Shown: one piece after another, positions 14,683 to 28,220 of the stretch
Layout of the letters: each line of letters begins with the position of its first letter
How positions within the stretch are numbered: the first letter of the stretch is position 1
Translations under genes and position numbers: made by a program
Notes under the pieces: generated by a model
What the model was told of the DNA's origin: nothing
Databases searched by the model: none
Seen by the model: only the letters and a program-made list of their open reading frames with translations
Source: Octopus vulgaris
Lineage: Eukaryota
Direction: 5' to 3'
Length of the DNA: 64,000 nt
NCBI GenBank assembly: GCA_951406725.2
Contig: OX597817.1
Coordinates: 20,026,001-20,090,000 of the forward strand

Positions 14683-14915
14683 ATTTTTTTATTACCCACA
14701 AGGGGCTAAACATAGAGAGAACAAACAAGGACAGACAAACGGATTAAGACGATTACATAGACCCCAGTGCGTAACTGGTACTTAATTTATTGACCCCGAA
14801 AGGATTAAAAGGCAAAGTCGACCTAGGCGGAATTTGAACTCAGGACGCAACGGCAGTCGAAATACCGCTAAGCATTTCGCCCGGTGTGCTAACGTTTCTG
14901 CCTGCTCGCTGCCTT
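14683..14915 (-). mobile_element. SINE family A, tail type 1, full length
   Basis: Reverse complement of 32854-33085. Confidence 0.92.
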
Positions 14916-15371
14916 GAATCTATTTTAGATGAGGAATGATACTTGTCAACATCGATCAAATTAACTGCCATTTCCAGCAGTAGTAAAATGCTATTGAATT
15001 TCTTAACCTCTCAGATCATTCCTAAACTAGCAGGTTGTCTAAGAAAATAAATATAATCACTATGATTAATTTTTTGATAATGTAGTTACCAATTAATTTC
15101 AATACTAACATAAATATTAACACATCATTTCTTCAATGAGACTGCATATATTACGAGCGGTACAATGACAAATATTATAGTCGCTAACGATTATCTGGTT
15201 ATATGAATTAACGTATTTTAATATTAGCGTTAATTAAATTTAACGAGAACGATATTAATTATTTGACAAAAATGTTTAAAACTTTATCAATGACCTGTAA
15301 GCGTTGACCAGATGTAGTAACCTTCATTTGATATAGTGTTTTGTTAAATGCAGTAATATATATTATTGCCG

Positions 15372-15698
15372 TGTGGAAGCACAATTCTCCAGTGGTTAGG
15401 GCAGCGGGCTTGCTGTGGTAGGAACTCGGTTTTGATTCCCAAACCGGGCGTTGTGAGTGCTTATTGAGCGACAACACCTAAAGTTCTACGACACTCTACT
15501 GTACTCTTTCACCATAACTTTCTCTAACTCTTTCTTCCTGTTTCCGCTCTACCTGTATTTTAAAGAAGCTAGCCTTGTAACACTCTGTGTCATGCTGAAT
15601 CATTCTGAGAACTACGTTAAGGGTGCACGTTAATTTCGCCAGCGGTTCCGTTGATCGGATCAACTGGAACCCTCATCGTTGTAACCGACGGAGTGCCA
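15372..15698 (+). mobile_element. SINE (family C-like tRNA head, distinct tail)
   Basis: A/B-box-like head (cagtggttagggcagcgg...ggttttgattcc); tail aactacgttaagggtgcacg...gttgatcggatcaactgg is partly shared with 33735-33880. Confidence 0.7.
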
Positions 15699-15746
15699 TG
15701 ATTATTGCTAAATTTTCTTACAATCAGGACCTTGAGGAATTACATG

Positions 15747-16620
15747 TTAGTTAGTTAGTTAGTTAGTTAATTTTTTGGCTCAAAAAGCAAAACAGCAAGG
15801 CCATGTAGGGGGACATGGAGTTATTTACATGGTGGTGTTCACACAAAGAGTTCAGGCCACTTGTGGTCAAGGGAGACTTTGAACCGGGAGGTCGTCGGCA
15901 TCTTCACCATCTCGTCCGGCAGCTTATTCCACGGATCCGCAACCCGGACGGAGAAAGCCCCTCTCCTTCGATTGAGATGAAATCGTCGCAGATAGACCTT
16001 TTCGGAATGACCCCGCAGCCGACGTTCTGGAGCAGGAGTGAAGAACAGCTCCTTCGAGAGGTTACACTTTCCGCTTATGATGTGGTGAGCAAGAATGAGA
16101 TCACGGCGTCGTCGTTTTTCTAGAGAATAAAGGTCGAGTGTCTTTAGCCTTTCTTCATAAGACAAATTCTTGAGACCAAGAACCATGCGCATAGCCAGCT
16201 GCTGGACTCTTTCGAGATGTTGTATGTCTTTGAGGAGATAAGGAGAAGACGCTTGAATCCCGTACTCCAATATGGGTCTCACCAGCGTGACATAGAGCGG
16301 TAGGAATATGGCTGCTGTGAGCATTCCGAATGACTGTCGAATCAAGAACAGAACCCCGCGTGCTTTGTTGGCAGTATGGACGCACTGGGCCGAAGGCGAA
16401 AAGGAGGAATCCACCAAGATACCCAGGTCCTTTACCGGATCGGTCCTCTCCAGCAGCAGACGACCCGGCTCGAAATCAAGTTGAGTTGCAGGAGGAGAAC
16501 CAACAGGCAGATGACAGCACTTTGACACGTTCAGACACAGGTCCCATTCGTTAGATCATCTCCAAACTTGGTGGAGGCATCGACGAAATGCATTACAGTC
16601 AGCAAATAAGTGAGCGAAAC
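15747..16620 (-). mobile_element. CR1/L2-group LINE, 5'-truncated 3' fragment with (TAAC)n tail
   Basis: ORF 15839-16528: KDLGILVD, LYVTLVRPILEYG, LERVQ, LSYEERL..LYSLEKRRRR, LRGH, FSVRVADPWNKLP; (GTTA)n at 15747-15770. Confidence 0.92.
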
Positions 16621-16668
16621 AACTTAAACTTTGCAGAGAGCTCGACTGATATACCGCCGCCGACGATA

Positions 16669-17941
16669 CGAGGGGCGTTCAATAAGTAATGCTCCTGACC
16701 CACTTCCCATAGCAGTAGAGCAACGAAACTTGGCGCAGTTATTAGTCTTTTTCTACTTAGGAACCACCCAGAGTTACGCCTTTCTCCCATCGTTTGATGC
16801 AGCTCTGGAGACCGTTTTTGTAGAAGGCCCCAGCTTGGTCCTCCAACCACGACGTAACTTCAGAAATCAAGGCTGCATCATCTGGGAAACGCTTTCCTTC
16901 CAAAAACAACTTCATGGCTGGGAAGAGATGAAAATCAGAGGGTGCAAGGCCGGGAGAGTAGGGGGATGGGGGAGGAGTTCATAGCCGCACGCCTGTGCTT
17001 CTGATCTGGCGACACGCGAGTTGTTGACCGGAGCGTGGTCCTGCAGGTGGAGGATGCCTTTGCTGATCTTGCCCCACCTCTTGATTTTGATAGCTTCTCT
17101 TAATTTCCTCAAAAGTGAAGCATAATAGGCTTCTGTAATTGTGGTACCCTTTGACAGGAAATCTGTCATCATTACTCCGTCCTGGTCCCAGAAGATTGTG
17201 AGCATGATCTTGCCAGTGGAGGGCTGCACACTTGCCTTCTTTGGAGGAGGTGAGTCACGGTGCTTCCGCTGCATTGACTGGGCTTTTGTCTCTGGATCAT
17301 AGTGATGGACCCAGGTTTCATCCTGTGTAATCAATCTTTTGAAAAAGTTTGACTCATCTTCTTGGCACATCTCCAAATTCATCCTCGAGCACTCGACGCG
17401 TTCTTGCTTCTGGAAAGGTGTGAGCAACCTGGGAATCCATCTGGCAGACACCTTTTGCATATGCAAATAGTCATGAATGATAGTTTTCACAGACCCGGTT
17501 CTTATCTTGACCTCATGGACTATTTGGTGAATAGTTATGCGTCGATCTTCCAAAATGGCAGCCTCAACTTGACGGACAGATACCTCATCAATGGCAGAAG
17601 TGGGGTGACCAGATCTGGGAGCTGTTTCCACAGAGTTCCGACCATGTTTGAATTCACGATGCCAGCATTTTACAAGGTCATATGATGGGACATCATCACC
17701 ATAAGTTACTTTCATTTCAGCAAAAGTCTCCCGTGGTGTGCGTCCTTTCAAATACAAAAACCGGATCATTGTTCGCAACTCAACAGGCTCCATTTCACAC
17801 TTGACTCAGTTCAAACACCTGTAAATCAGAAACCACAATTAGTTCAGAGCTGTAATTTGCCACTTAATCTATAGAGATATCAATAATTGCACATGCAAAA
17901 TTTCAAGTGGGCCAGAGGCATTACTTATTGAACGCCCCTCG
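16669..17941 (-). mobile_element. Full-length mariner DNA transposon (1,273 bp)
   Basis: TIRs cgaggggcgttcaataagtaatgc / gcattacttattgaacgcccctcg (24/24 match, imperfect further in); TA TSD at 16667-68 and 17942-43. Confidence 0.97.
16742..17793 (-). pseudogene. Mariner DD34D transposase with one frameshift (~16965) and a late stop
   Basis: WIPRLL, TQDETW, HHYDPETK, LHLQDHAP; after the frameshift YSPGLAPSDFHLFP...RWEKGVTLGGS*VEKD*. Confidence 0.95.
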
Positions 17942-18479
17942 TATATTCCGCTAGTGTGTTCTTCTAATGTAATGATCATTGATTTCATATACAGTAAGAT
18001 GCAGGTTTATTATCTTCGTTACAATGGGTATCTAAATATTTTATATTTACTCCACTGGAAATATAATTGTAAATTGACAATATTTTTTTTATCGTATTTG
18101 TCTGTGAGAATTAATGATTTTCCTTCAACATAGATAGGAGTCTTTAGTCTGCTACTGGTTAAGCAACTGGCTGTTCCCTTCTAAACTTCAATAATTTTCA
18201 GTTATTTAGTTCGAATACATTCTAATTAATGCGGCTTATTAAAGAGATGCCTAATATATACACATTAGAATACTTCCGGATTTGATATATAATAATTGAA
18301 ATATGAGCTTGCCACTTATATGTTAAGAATCATATTTAATCCTATCTTATTTTTCCTCTATTCAATAACGAAGCTACGGGAGCGATGGAGCGATCGAGAG
18401 GGTGCTCTTCTGGGTCTGCTGCACAAAGCTTTTGGGGACTGGGGGTAAAGGATACCCAAGATGACACACACTCTAGTTA

Positions 18480-19480
18480 CTCCATTGGCTCTATTGCATT
18501 AGTTATATATACTCCATTATACTTGTATGGAGCTTTCGTGGCAATTGTTTCATTATAGTATGTAAGAATACACCATTCATTTCTGTCTGAGAATAAATCG
18601 GATCTGTCCTTCAATTCCACTCCCATGACCATCTAATTAATGGGTCATTGCAAACAATAATTGGTGCCCATTATTCTTTCCTTGTACACAAACATACCTT
18701 CCAAAGATTTTTTATAAACTTTTATTTATATTTAGTTTATTTGGTAGTTTCAATTTATACATGTAATTGATAATAAACTGCATCGTTCCGAGATGTTTGT
18801 AGATGCTATCAAAACGATAGCATCTTAGCTCATGGAGAATTTAGAGTGATAAATATGATAAATAAAAGTTATGATAAGGAATGCTTTCATTTAATCTACT
18901 ATTTACTAGCATTTCTTATTATATCCACTGCAGATACATATTTCTTATATACCTTATATTTACAAATTATTTTAAAAAATGATGGTGACCACTTCTTTTG
19001 TAATTTTACTTTGTAATTAAATCTGTTTAGAATTAGTATCACTTCTCTGTGAAATCTGCATGTTTGTTCCCATTTCCTCCGTATATATTCAAAAGCTGTT
19101 CGTAGAGACAATTCTGTATAGATTTTTTTTTTGGGAATGGCTTCTAATTCAAATTCTAGAACATGCAGATAAGTGATATTTTTCGTTAAGCCACTGCTGG
19201 TAATTGCCGAATAGTCTTCCATTATAAGTCATTTTCGTATGTGTATTTTCAAGGGGTTTCAGGTTTCAGTTGCTTGAATTTCTCCCATGGTTGAGGAATT
19301 TCTGTGCTTTATTGTTTTTAATAGTATCATTTATTTTTTAGAGTTTCTAACAAAATGATTTTCGTTTTTAGAAAGGTTTTTAGCTGATATAATTTTTCCT
19401 CGGAGCGCACTTTTATAATTTTACTTTCAGCATTATGTTAATGTTCATTTACATATTTTCAATTCATAATATTTTAAATT
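18480..19480 (-). mobile_element. Possible very decayed PLE/RT remnant
   Basis: Weak remnants (YKYNGVY...AIEPM near 18490-18530, cf. FxYNGxYYxQxxGxAMG) and a K/I-rich upstream ORF. Confidence 0.3.
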
Positions 19481-19772
19481 TTGTGTAACAAAGCATATAT
19501 TTCTATCACAATTCCTCTATCTTATTTACAGAGTAACGTCAGCATTTTTACTTTTAAAAGCACATGCAAATATTTGAGGACATTGCACTACAGAGAAAAA
19601 CTTTTACAAAACACATACATTAAACACCCAAGGAAATAAGCATTTTTTATTCATTAATCTATTCAAATTCCCATTTTCTAAAAATATGTCTTTATTTCTC
19701 CCTACACACACACAAACAATTACAGCGTAGAAGGTGTTTATAGGCCATATAAAAAGAACACAAAAACCGTTA

Positions 19773-19853
<81 letters not shown>

Positions 19854-20699
19854 TATATATATATATCTGGTGTGTTTATGCGTGTGTGTGTGTGAGCATG
19901 ATTATGTTTGCTTACATACTCACAAACTCATATACATATATACATGCATTCATACACACACATCACATGCACACGCACGTATTTATGTGAGTTTAGAAGT
20001 GTATGATATCGAGGTGGATACCGTGGTATCTCTGTTATTTCTAGGTTACAGTTAACCCCATCGATTCATATTTGAATTTTAAGCTTACTACAAGTAGTCA
20101 ATCACGCTTTAAATTCCTCTGATGGCTTATTACGTGTCGCTTCAATGAATGATAATTTTATCTGGAGTTTAGTTTAGCAATAATTATAACGATAGAAAAT
20201 ATGGATGATGGTACATCCTCAAAATTTATTTCCTTTTTCTTTACAATTTCATGCAGCATATTTTATAGCTTCAGCGATCTACATGCGTTTCCACAGCACA
20301 GAAAATTATATCCTGTTGAATATGCAAATACCCACATTCTGTGCTGTGGAAACACGATCAGGTCGTTGTAACCGTCCAAATATGCCGTATGACATGGTAA
20401 AATAAAAGGAAATAAAATTTCAGGATATACCAATGTCTATATTCGCTATCGTTATAATTAATGACGGTATGTTTAAGCCTTTGGGAAGAAATAGAAGCGT
20501 AATGATTACGAAAACTAATAAGTATAAAACATATGTTGAAGTAAAACCCACATGCAGATACTTCCGTACCCGCAATTGCGTTTCCGTGTACATACACTCT
20601 CTCATATGTGCAACACTTTGATAAATGTCTTGGCATTTTTGTATCATGCTGTGACCCAAAGCACGGTTGTCTCAGCTGACTAGTCAGGGGCTTTACTTG

Positions 20700-22090
20700 G
20701 TCGTAATAATTTAATTTTGTATTAATTTATATTTTGTTTATGTATTTGATTACTTAATTCCATTTGTTTATGTATCCATTGTATTAGTTTTATATTATTA
20801 TTAGTTTATAGATATCTTATTCCGTCATGAGATTGTGGTGCGTGTGTATGCTAGTGTTTTACTGTAATTGTCTATCAAGGCTAGGTTTATCTCCTAATAT
20901 GTGTGCAGCTTCTGTAATGTGACTAAGCGTTGCGTCCGTTCTATGCGTTGACAAGATTTTAAAATCTATGTTGTTGAATGAGCCCCTGTGTTACCGCTCG
21001 GCGTGTTGGTATAGTACCGACGAGCCTTTCTCTTCCTTGAGTTCCCTCCTATACTCATTAACTGACTCTCTTATGCTACGTGCTGTCTCCTCTACGTAGA
21101 CATTGTTTATGTACTGTTCCATTCTATATCATAATTTATAGACTAAATTCATAGTTTACAATTTGCTTGTGCACTAAATTTACATAGAATACAGTTCCTA
21201 TTATCCTATTAGTACAGACTACTTTTAAAAAGTTAGGTTCTACCGATTAGGGATTTGATAGGGTTAACTGCCCTTTCGACAACCTTCATTCTTAGCTTAA
21301 GCTTGTCTAGGGCCCTTCTAATGCGTATTGACGAACATGACACTCTGGTATTTGTGACTATCATAACATGAGTTGACCTTCTCTATATTCTTCTTAGCCC
21401 TGTCAATGGTATTCCATGACTTGCTCCTATAGAAATAGGTAAATCCCTTTCCTATCGTAACATATGATAATTTCAAATTTCCTCATGGCTCCTTTATATA
21501 CTCTCTGCGTTTCTCTATGGCTATATCCTGAGAACAGCATGTGGTGTACGAATTGTTATATGTATCTCTTTAACTCTGTAGGGTCGCACATGCGGGACAC
21601 ATTTCGCATTACTCTGATGTGGTCTACCATCAATATATTGAATTTGGCATTGTCCACGAGAGGTGAGTACTTGGAGGCCATAGGTTCGGTATAGGTGAAT
21701 GGAGGATTTGGGTTTTATTATTCATTGTTTCCAGCCAGAGTTCCGTATCTAGTACTGACAGTCTATGGTTAGGGTGTTTCGCAGGGTAGTCTATCGTGAC
21801 CTTATTATTCTGGTCTATGGTGTTATCTATTTGCTGGATGCTCTCCATAGAATTAGTTTCTATTTCAAGTTCAAAACAGTGATATATGCATGCGCAAATA
21901 AAGACACATACAGAAGGAACACAAAACGGCAGATCGTTAGGAAAGAGTGACACAAAAAGAAAGAAGAATGCAAAGAACCACTGATGAGATCGGACGAACG
22001 GGAACGTGAAACTCTGAGTCACAATGTTTTTGATCTTTTGCAGCTTTATTAATAAAGCATATTATCTAGCTTCGGTATTGGAGTACTATT
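20700..22090 (-). mobile_element. Penelope-like element: RT thumb plus GIY-YIG endonuclease, 5'-truncated, followed by an opposite-strand hammerhead-like segment (about 21870-22090)
   Basis: IDYPAKHPNHRLSVLDTELW (thumb); NLVYKL...VYVEETARSIRESVNEY...SSVLYQHA (GIY-YIG); CTGATGA 21981-87 and GAAAC-TCTGA-GTC 22008-20 on +. Confidence 0.8.
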
Positions 22091-22108
22091 TTTTGCACAA
22101 GACGGCCG

Positions 22109-22182
<74 letters not shown>

Positions 22183-22204
22183 GATACATACATACATACA
22201 TACA

Positions 22205-22240
<36 letters not shown>

Positions 22241-23489
22241 TATACGTGTGTGTGTGTGTATGACTGTATAAATTAAATGGATTATTGAAAATAAATTACT
22301 AAGCCATGATTTGAAAAGCTAAAAATATTAAAACGTTCAACTGTTGTAAGTATTTCTTTATTAAGCAGACAAAATTTTATTATTAGTTACAAGGCATGAG
22401 GAAAAATGTTTTGTCAATTTTCTAATACAAGTGAGATAAAAATATCCATTGCTGCGTAATTGAAATCCGAGGATCGGAACGTTTGCATGTTTTAGTACAG
22501 GATAATTTTTTATGGATAGCGAATTCAGTGATTTTATACAATTCCTTCTTTTTGTTCTTTAGAGCCTATATAATCTCCTAGCTTCAATGGTACAGTCTGT
22601 GCAACTGGAAAAATTTGATATTAACGTGGTATTAATCTTCAGCTTAACAAAACTCTGCCTCGCTTTCATAAAAGGTTTCCGTCTCTTTAAGTTCATAATC
22701 ACGCTATGCCTTTATACTCTTTGTGTATTAGTTTACAGCATATCTCAGGTGATCATCAATGCGTTCGTCACATTTTCCCACATCAGAGGTATGTTATTTG
22801 CTGAAATTTATCTGGCTTTGTCTTGATCAGGTGCGTTTTAATGGTTTGTTACTGACTGTCCAAAGTTAGCGATCCTGTTTCTCGTTTTAGATCTGCCTCT
22901 TTCTGCCATAACTATTGTTCTTCACAGTAGACAGATGAAGAGAGAGGAGGGTGGATCACCCTCGAATATTCCACGATCTATTTCGATGCTCTCTGACCCA
23001 TGCGAGTGTTCCTTGCTTATACTCCTTTCTCGTCCGTCTATTTTTAGTGGTTCTTCCGAATCTTTGTTTTACGTGGTGTTTCTCTGAAGGTGTCAGGGTT
23101 GATTTCTCGGATCTAATTTCCCTCAAGATCATTTTCAGAGGTGTTTGTTCCAATTTTAAAATATTCGAAAACAGGTTGGTTCCTCTCTGGGGGATGTGTC
23201 CCTTGGTGACCTACGTGCAGGATGAGGTAGTATATTATGTTCCTAATCTAAATTTTGAAACCAATACTCGTCTGCATTCTAGTATACATTTTAATATTAC
23301 TGGCAAGGAGTGATTTTCGACACTTTTTGACAGATATGTCTCATCAAATTGAAGGAGCCTATTTGCCCTCCTTTGGATGGGCACTGGTCAGCAGGACAAT
23401 ATTCACCACTCTGTAACAGATTATTAAGTTTTGTGAGTTTTTTTCGTTCTTTTGTGGTTGTTTTTTTTATTGCTTGTGAAATATAAACT

Positions 23490-24235
23490 CTTCCCCTATT
23501 ATAGTGCATTAGTATGTTTTGTTTTGGGGCTTGTGCTTGAGTATTTTGTTCTATGTCTTTTATGGTTATCAATGTGCTTTAGCATCCATTCGTTCGATGT
23601 TTCAAGATATTTTGCCCGTCCAATAGTGGTGGTTTCGTCGAAGATTTCAAATTGGATCAAGCCTCGACCTTCTTGAGCTCTGGGCAGGTAAAAACGACCT
23701 GCGTCTGCCATTGGATGATACATATTATTGCCATTCAGCAGCTTACGGATTTTCCTGTCAATCTTACTTATTTTGCTCATATTCCAGTTCAAAACATTGA
23801 AACTGTAAAATAATAACTTGAACTGCTAAGTGATTTATAGCGAACACCTTGTTACGTGCACAGAATTCATACTTTAGAACTGCTCGAACTCTCCTGTAAC
23901 GCTCCTTCTTGATCTTCTATTTCATACTTGCATGTTGAATGGCAGAGCCCTCATTTATTCCGAAGTATTTGTAACTTTGTTGCTGCTCGAGTTTTTTGAT
24001 GCCTATATCAACATCCAACGCCATTGAATGTGAAGTCTTCAGTTTCCGTTTCTGGAAATTGGCCTTGGTATATTTATCGACACCAAATTCCATTCCAGTT
24101 TCATCACTGAAAGCTTTCACAGTACGTAGTAGTACTTGTAGCTCATTATCAATTTGGCACTGAGCTTTAAGTCATCCAAATAAAACGGATGACTTATTTT
24201 CTTGTCGCCAATGTTATATCCATACCTTTTTCTGT
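23490..24235 (-). mobile_element. R4/Dong-type RT fragment
   Basis: GYGYNIGDKKISHPFYLDDLKL, FSDETGMEFGVDK, YKYFGI, IDRKIRKLL..NMYHP..FYLPRAQEGRGL. Confidence 0.85.
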
Positions 24236-24339
24236 TAATAATTTGTTGTTGTTGTTCTTTTTCTTCTTCTTCTTCTTCTTTATCTTTAAGGCTTAAGCTA
24301 GCAGAATCGTTAGCCGGTATTCAGCACCGAGTTTTTCAC

Positions 24340-24860
24340 CAAAGTCCTGTGAATGTAGAGGCCAACTCTGTCGTGTCTAGCTGTACATTCGATATAAGCC
24401 GCGCTTGGTCGTCCTGACACTGTATGGTCATGTGCTTCGTCTTCGGCATCACTGATTCTGTAGATGGGGTCTGCTACGCTTCTAAATATGTTAGTCTTAC
24501 GTTTTAGTCCCTGAAAGCAGGAATGAAGCCTCCGCTTTCTGCTTTGAGCCCTGAACTTCACAGTTACTGATGGATTTCTGACAAGTCAGCATCACCATCC
24601 TGGGGGCATAGTAAATACTTGAGAAGTTTCTGAAGCTGTCTTTCAAGAGTTTAAGTTCTGCTTTTGCTTCCATTCTATGCACTTTGGTTGCTTTGTTGGC
24701 TGTATATCAACTTGGTTAATGTTTTCTGTTTTTGCAATGTGCAACCCAGCTTTATACTTCGCATTTTCTTTGTTTGCAGTGTAAAGCTTTTCCTGGGCCG
24801 ATATTCTGCAGAATTTTACGCTAGCATTCCGTTTTCTCGAGGGGAAATATTTTATTGCTT
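24340..24860 (-). mobile_element. R4/Dong-type C-terminal fragment (decayed zinc-knuckle/RHD region)
   Basis: ...YRISDAEDEAHDHTVSGRPSAAYIECTARHDRVGLYIH (cf. CRxC..ETxxHIVSGC..Y..RHDxV...IH). Confidence 0.7.
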
Positions 24861-25013
24861 ATAGCTTAAACTGTGTATTTCAATCCTTTGTTGCGTAGAA
24901 TAAAAGCAATAAAATTTGTGTTAAGTTGAGTGATCATTGTACATCCTATAACTGATATATTTATGATTTAGGCATGCACGAGATAATATATTACAAATAA
25001 TAACTATTTCCAG

Positions 25014-25701
25014 GTTGAACATACATCACTAATACTACTATTGCTGTTTCTAAGAGTATTAGTAATAATGAATCTGCGACAACAAACGTAACTCTTGATA
25101 ACGCTAGTGGAAGCGGTGCTGCCATGATTCACGTCTATATGAAGGAGGAAATGAAGTCATCGCGGAGATATGCAAGATTATTTGTAGAGTAACATTATTA
25201 AACACGTTCAGAATGTTATATGTTCTGTCACTGATAATAACTATAGTTATTTCGGCCATCGGTTGGTAAATATGTTAGAGTTACGAATTACATATCTGGT
25301 GATATTTAATAACGTCATATAACGTTCTGAGATTAAATCCTGATGTGTTCGATAGAGATTTGTTCCTTACAGAGTCCTTAGAATACATGCCAATGTTTGT
25401 TCATGCGTTTATTACGTGAATAATTCCGCCCTAAAGTCATGATACAGTTCGAAACGATTATATGATTCCGAGCGTGTTTTCCTTTGGATACGTTTTACCT
25501 CTTATATAGCGGTTATAATTATGATGACTAATAATTTATATGCTTCTACCCTTCTATCTAGCTGCATCTGTTAATATTCCACAGATTCAGTTGCTGCTAA
25601 TATAATTAATTTTATAATTGAAATTGTTTTGACTGTTGTTAGTACTGTATCTCTTGCTAAAATGGGTTCTGCAGTGCATTCTAGTGATGTAATGGAGGTT
25701 T
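25014..25701 (+). pseudogene. Possible decayed class A GPCR-like exon
   Basis: Acceptor tatttccag at 25013 and donor gtaagt at 25702; ITNTTIAVSKSISNNESATTNVTLDNASGSG (4 N-glycosylation sequons), then hydrophobic LYVLSLIITIVISAIG; many stops and frameshifts. Confidence 0.3.
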
Positions 25702-26458
25702 GTAAGTGTCAAAATCAATTATGACACCAATCAATATATCAGTTTAAAGAAAAAAATAAAGTAATTTACAATTGCATTTTCTCCCTCATATTCACTTTTT
25801 GCTATGTGTATGTGGTTCTGATTCACATCATTACTTTGCGGCATAGGTCAATGTTTTATATAGTAAATTAAGTGGTGATGTTAATGTACTTCTGTACTAA
25901 GTGATTAATAGAGAGGAAAACTTCTGATCAACTGAATCTATTAATTTAGGTGCTGGCATAGGCGTGGGAGATTTATAAACCTACAAGAAATCAGAAAAAT
26001 ATGTTTACAAGAAAGCGAAGCAAAATAAAAAAAATATAATTTTATGTTCTACACAGTTATTTTCCGATAGACGTAGGCAAATTAATCAAACGATACTTAA
26101 TATACTGATATACATAAATACATACATACATACCTGCATATATGTATACACGTGTGAGTGAGGTCTGAATGTGTGCATCCACTCACATAGCCATACATAC
26201 ATACATGCATCAACGTATACACAAGCATATATTTATATATATTTCATTGACGTAAAGTTGAAACGTGTTTCCCTTATTGACGGAGAGTAAAATATACTTC
26301 ATACAGCAATACCCCTAATGCATTATAATAAAAAGGCTAAATTACTTGCAGTTATCTATATCAATCGTAAATCAATTGAAACATCGGAAACTAATAAAGT
26401 AAGAGTGAGGCACCTTAAGTATAACCCTGAAAGTGTAGAAATTTATACCACCACTATA

Positions 26459-26625
26459 AAGGCGGCGAACTGGCAAAATCGTCACCAGGCCGAATAAAAT
26501 ACTTGGGTTTCCCCCGTCTTTACGTTCTGAACTCAAATTCCGCCGAGGTCGAATTTGTCTTTCTTATTTACAGGGTCGATAAAATAAGTACCAAAGAAAT
26601 ACTTTCGATGCAATTGGCTTCCCAT
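26459..26625 (+). mobile_element. SINE family A, diverged
   Basis: aaggcggcgaactggcaaaatcgt...aaattccgccgaggtcga...gggtcgataaaataagtacc. Confidence 0.8.
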
Positions 26626-26743
26626 ATCAAAATTTGAAACCAATATGTTTCACAATATAAAAGAAAAACAAAAAAATATCTGTGGCACTTTTTAAATACC
26701 TAATACGACTATCACACACGCGCACACACAAATACACACATAC

Positions 26744-27012
<269 letters not shown>

Positions 27013-27687
27013 GGCTTTTGTATACATATATGTATGTATATTTATATCTATGTACGTATATGTATACACACACACATATACACAGACACACTTACACGCA
27101 CGCATACACACATATATATATATATATATACACACACACATAAACATGGGTGCCTGTGAGTAAGTGAGTAAGTGTGTGTGTGTGTGTGAATATTAATACA
27201 TACACGCACATATAGACACATATTCACACGAAACACGAACACACGCACATATACACATTTATGCCATACGTTTCGCTCTGAAGCTCTGAAGAAGGGTAAT
27301 GACTACTGCCATCACATTCACCTTCTATCGCACTGCACGTCCTGTCGAACCTGTTTTGCGTCTCCCACCTCCTCGTATGCACAAAATATACTATGAAAAG
27401 CCTCTAAACTTTCTCATATGATAATAATATCTCACCGTTCTATTCTTAGATATTGAGAAAACATGTTAATGTTCTCAGTGTGATGTGTCCAAAATCATAC
27501 TTTCGCTACGTTTATGCGACAACAACTCATGTTAAGAGATTGTGTACCTGCTTGCATTCTAGCAATGAATAGACAATTCGGGATTAAGTACAAATCGAGG
27601 AAAAATACCAGTGTACGTATCGAGGGGACGTAATTTTCATTACATATTAGCTTCAGTTCGTTTGGTACAGTCATCATCATTTATGAA

Positions 27688-28218
27688 ATTCCAGACATTT
27701 TAGACATTCTTGACATTCCAGTCGTTCCAGACATTCGAGGCATTCCCGACATTCTGATATCCCTGACATTCCAGACATTCCAACCATTCCTGACATTCCT
27801 GACATTCCTGACATTCCGGTCATTTCAGACATTCCAGGCATTCCTGACATTCCACAAATTCCTGACATTCGAGACATTCCAGGCATTCGTGATATTCCAG
27901 ACATTCCTGACATTCCATACATTAATGACTTTCCTAACATTCCAGACATTCCAACTGCTGACATTCCATACATTCCCGACATTCCTGACATTCTTGACAT
28001 TCCTGATATTCTAAACATTCCTAATATTCCAGACATTTCTGACATTCCATACATTCCTGACATTCCAAAAATCCCTGACATTCCAGACATTCTTCACATT
28101 TCTGACATTCCAGGCATTCCTGATATTCCAGACATTCCTGACTTTCCATACATTCCTGACATTCCAGACATTCCAATTTTTGACATTCCAGACATTCTTG
28201 ACATTCCTGACATTCCAA
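27688..28218. repeat. 9-bp tandem repeat (GACATTCC[A/T])n, ~58 degenerate units
   Basis: Direct reading. Confidence 0.95.
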
Positions 28219-28220
28219 AG

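Noticed and set aside
15747-15770. Telomeric repeat (also considered for the (CCTA)n tract at 54396)
   Set aside because: The units are GTTA and TAGG, not TTAGGG/TTAGG; the first is the LINE 3' tail
22560-23260. Further PLE N-terminal remnant on the minus strand
   Set aside because: Composition suggests decayed coding DNA, but no diagnostic motif could be read
27262-27325. Hammerhead-like GAAAC/CTGAAGA pieces
   Set aside because: The two boxes lie on opposite strands and cannot form one core
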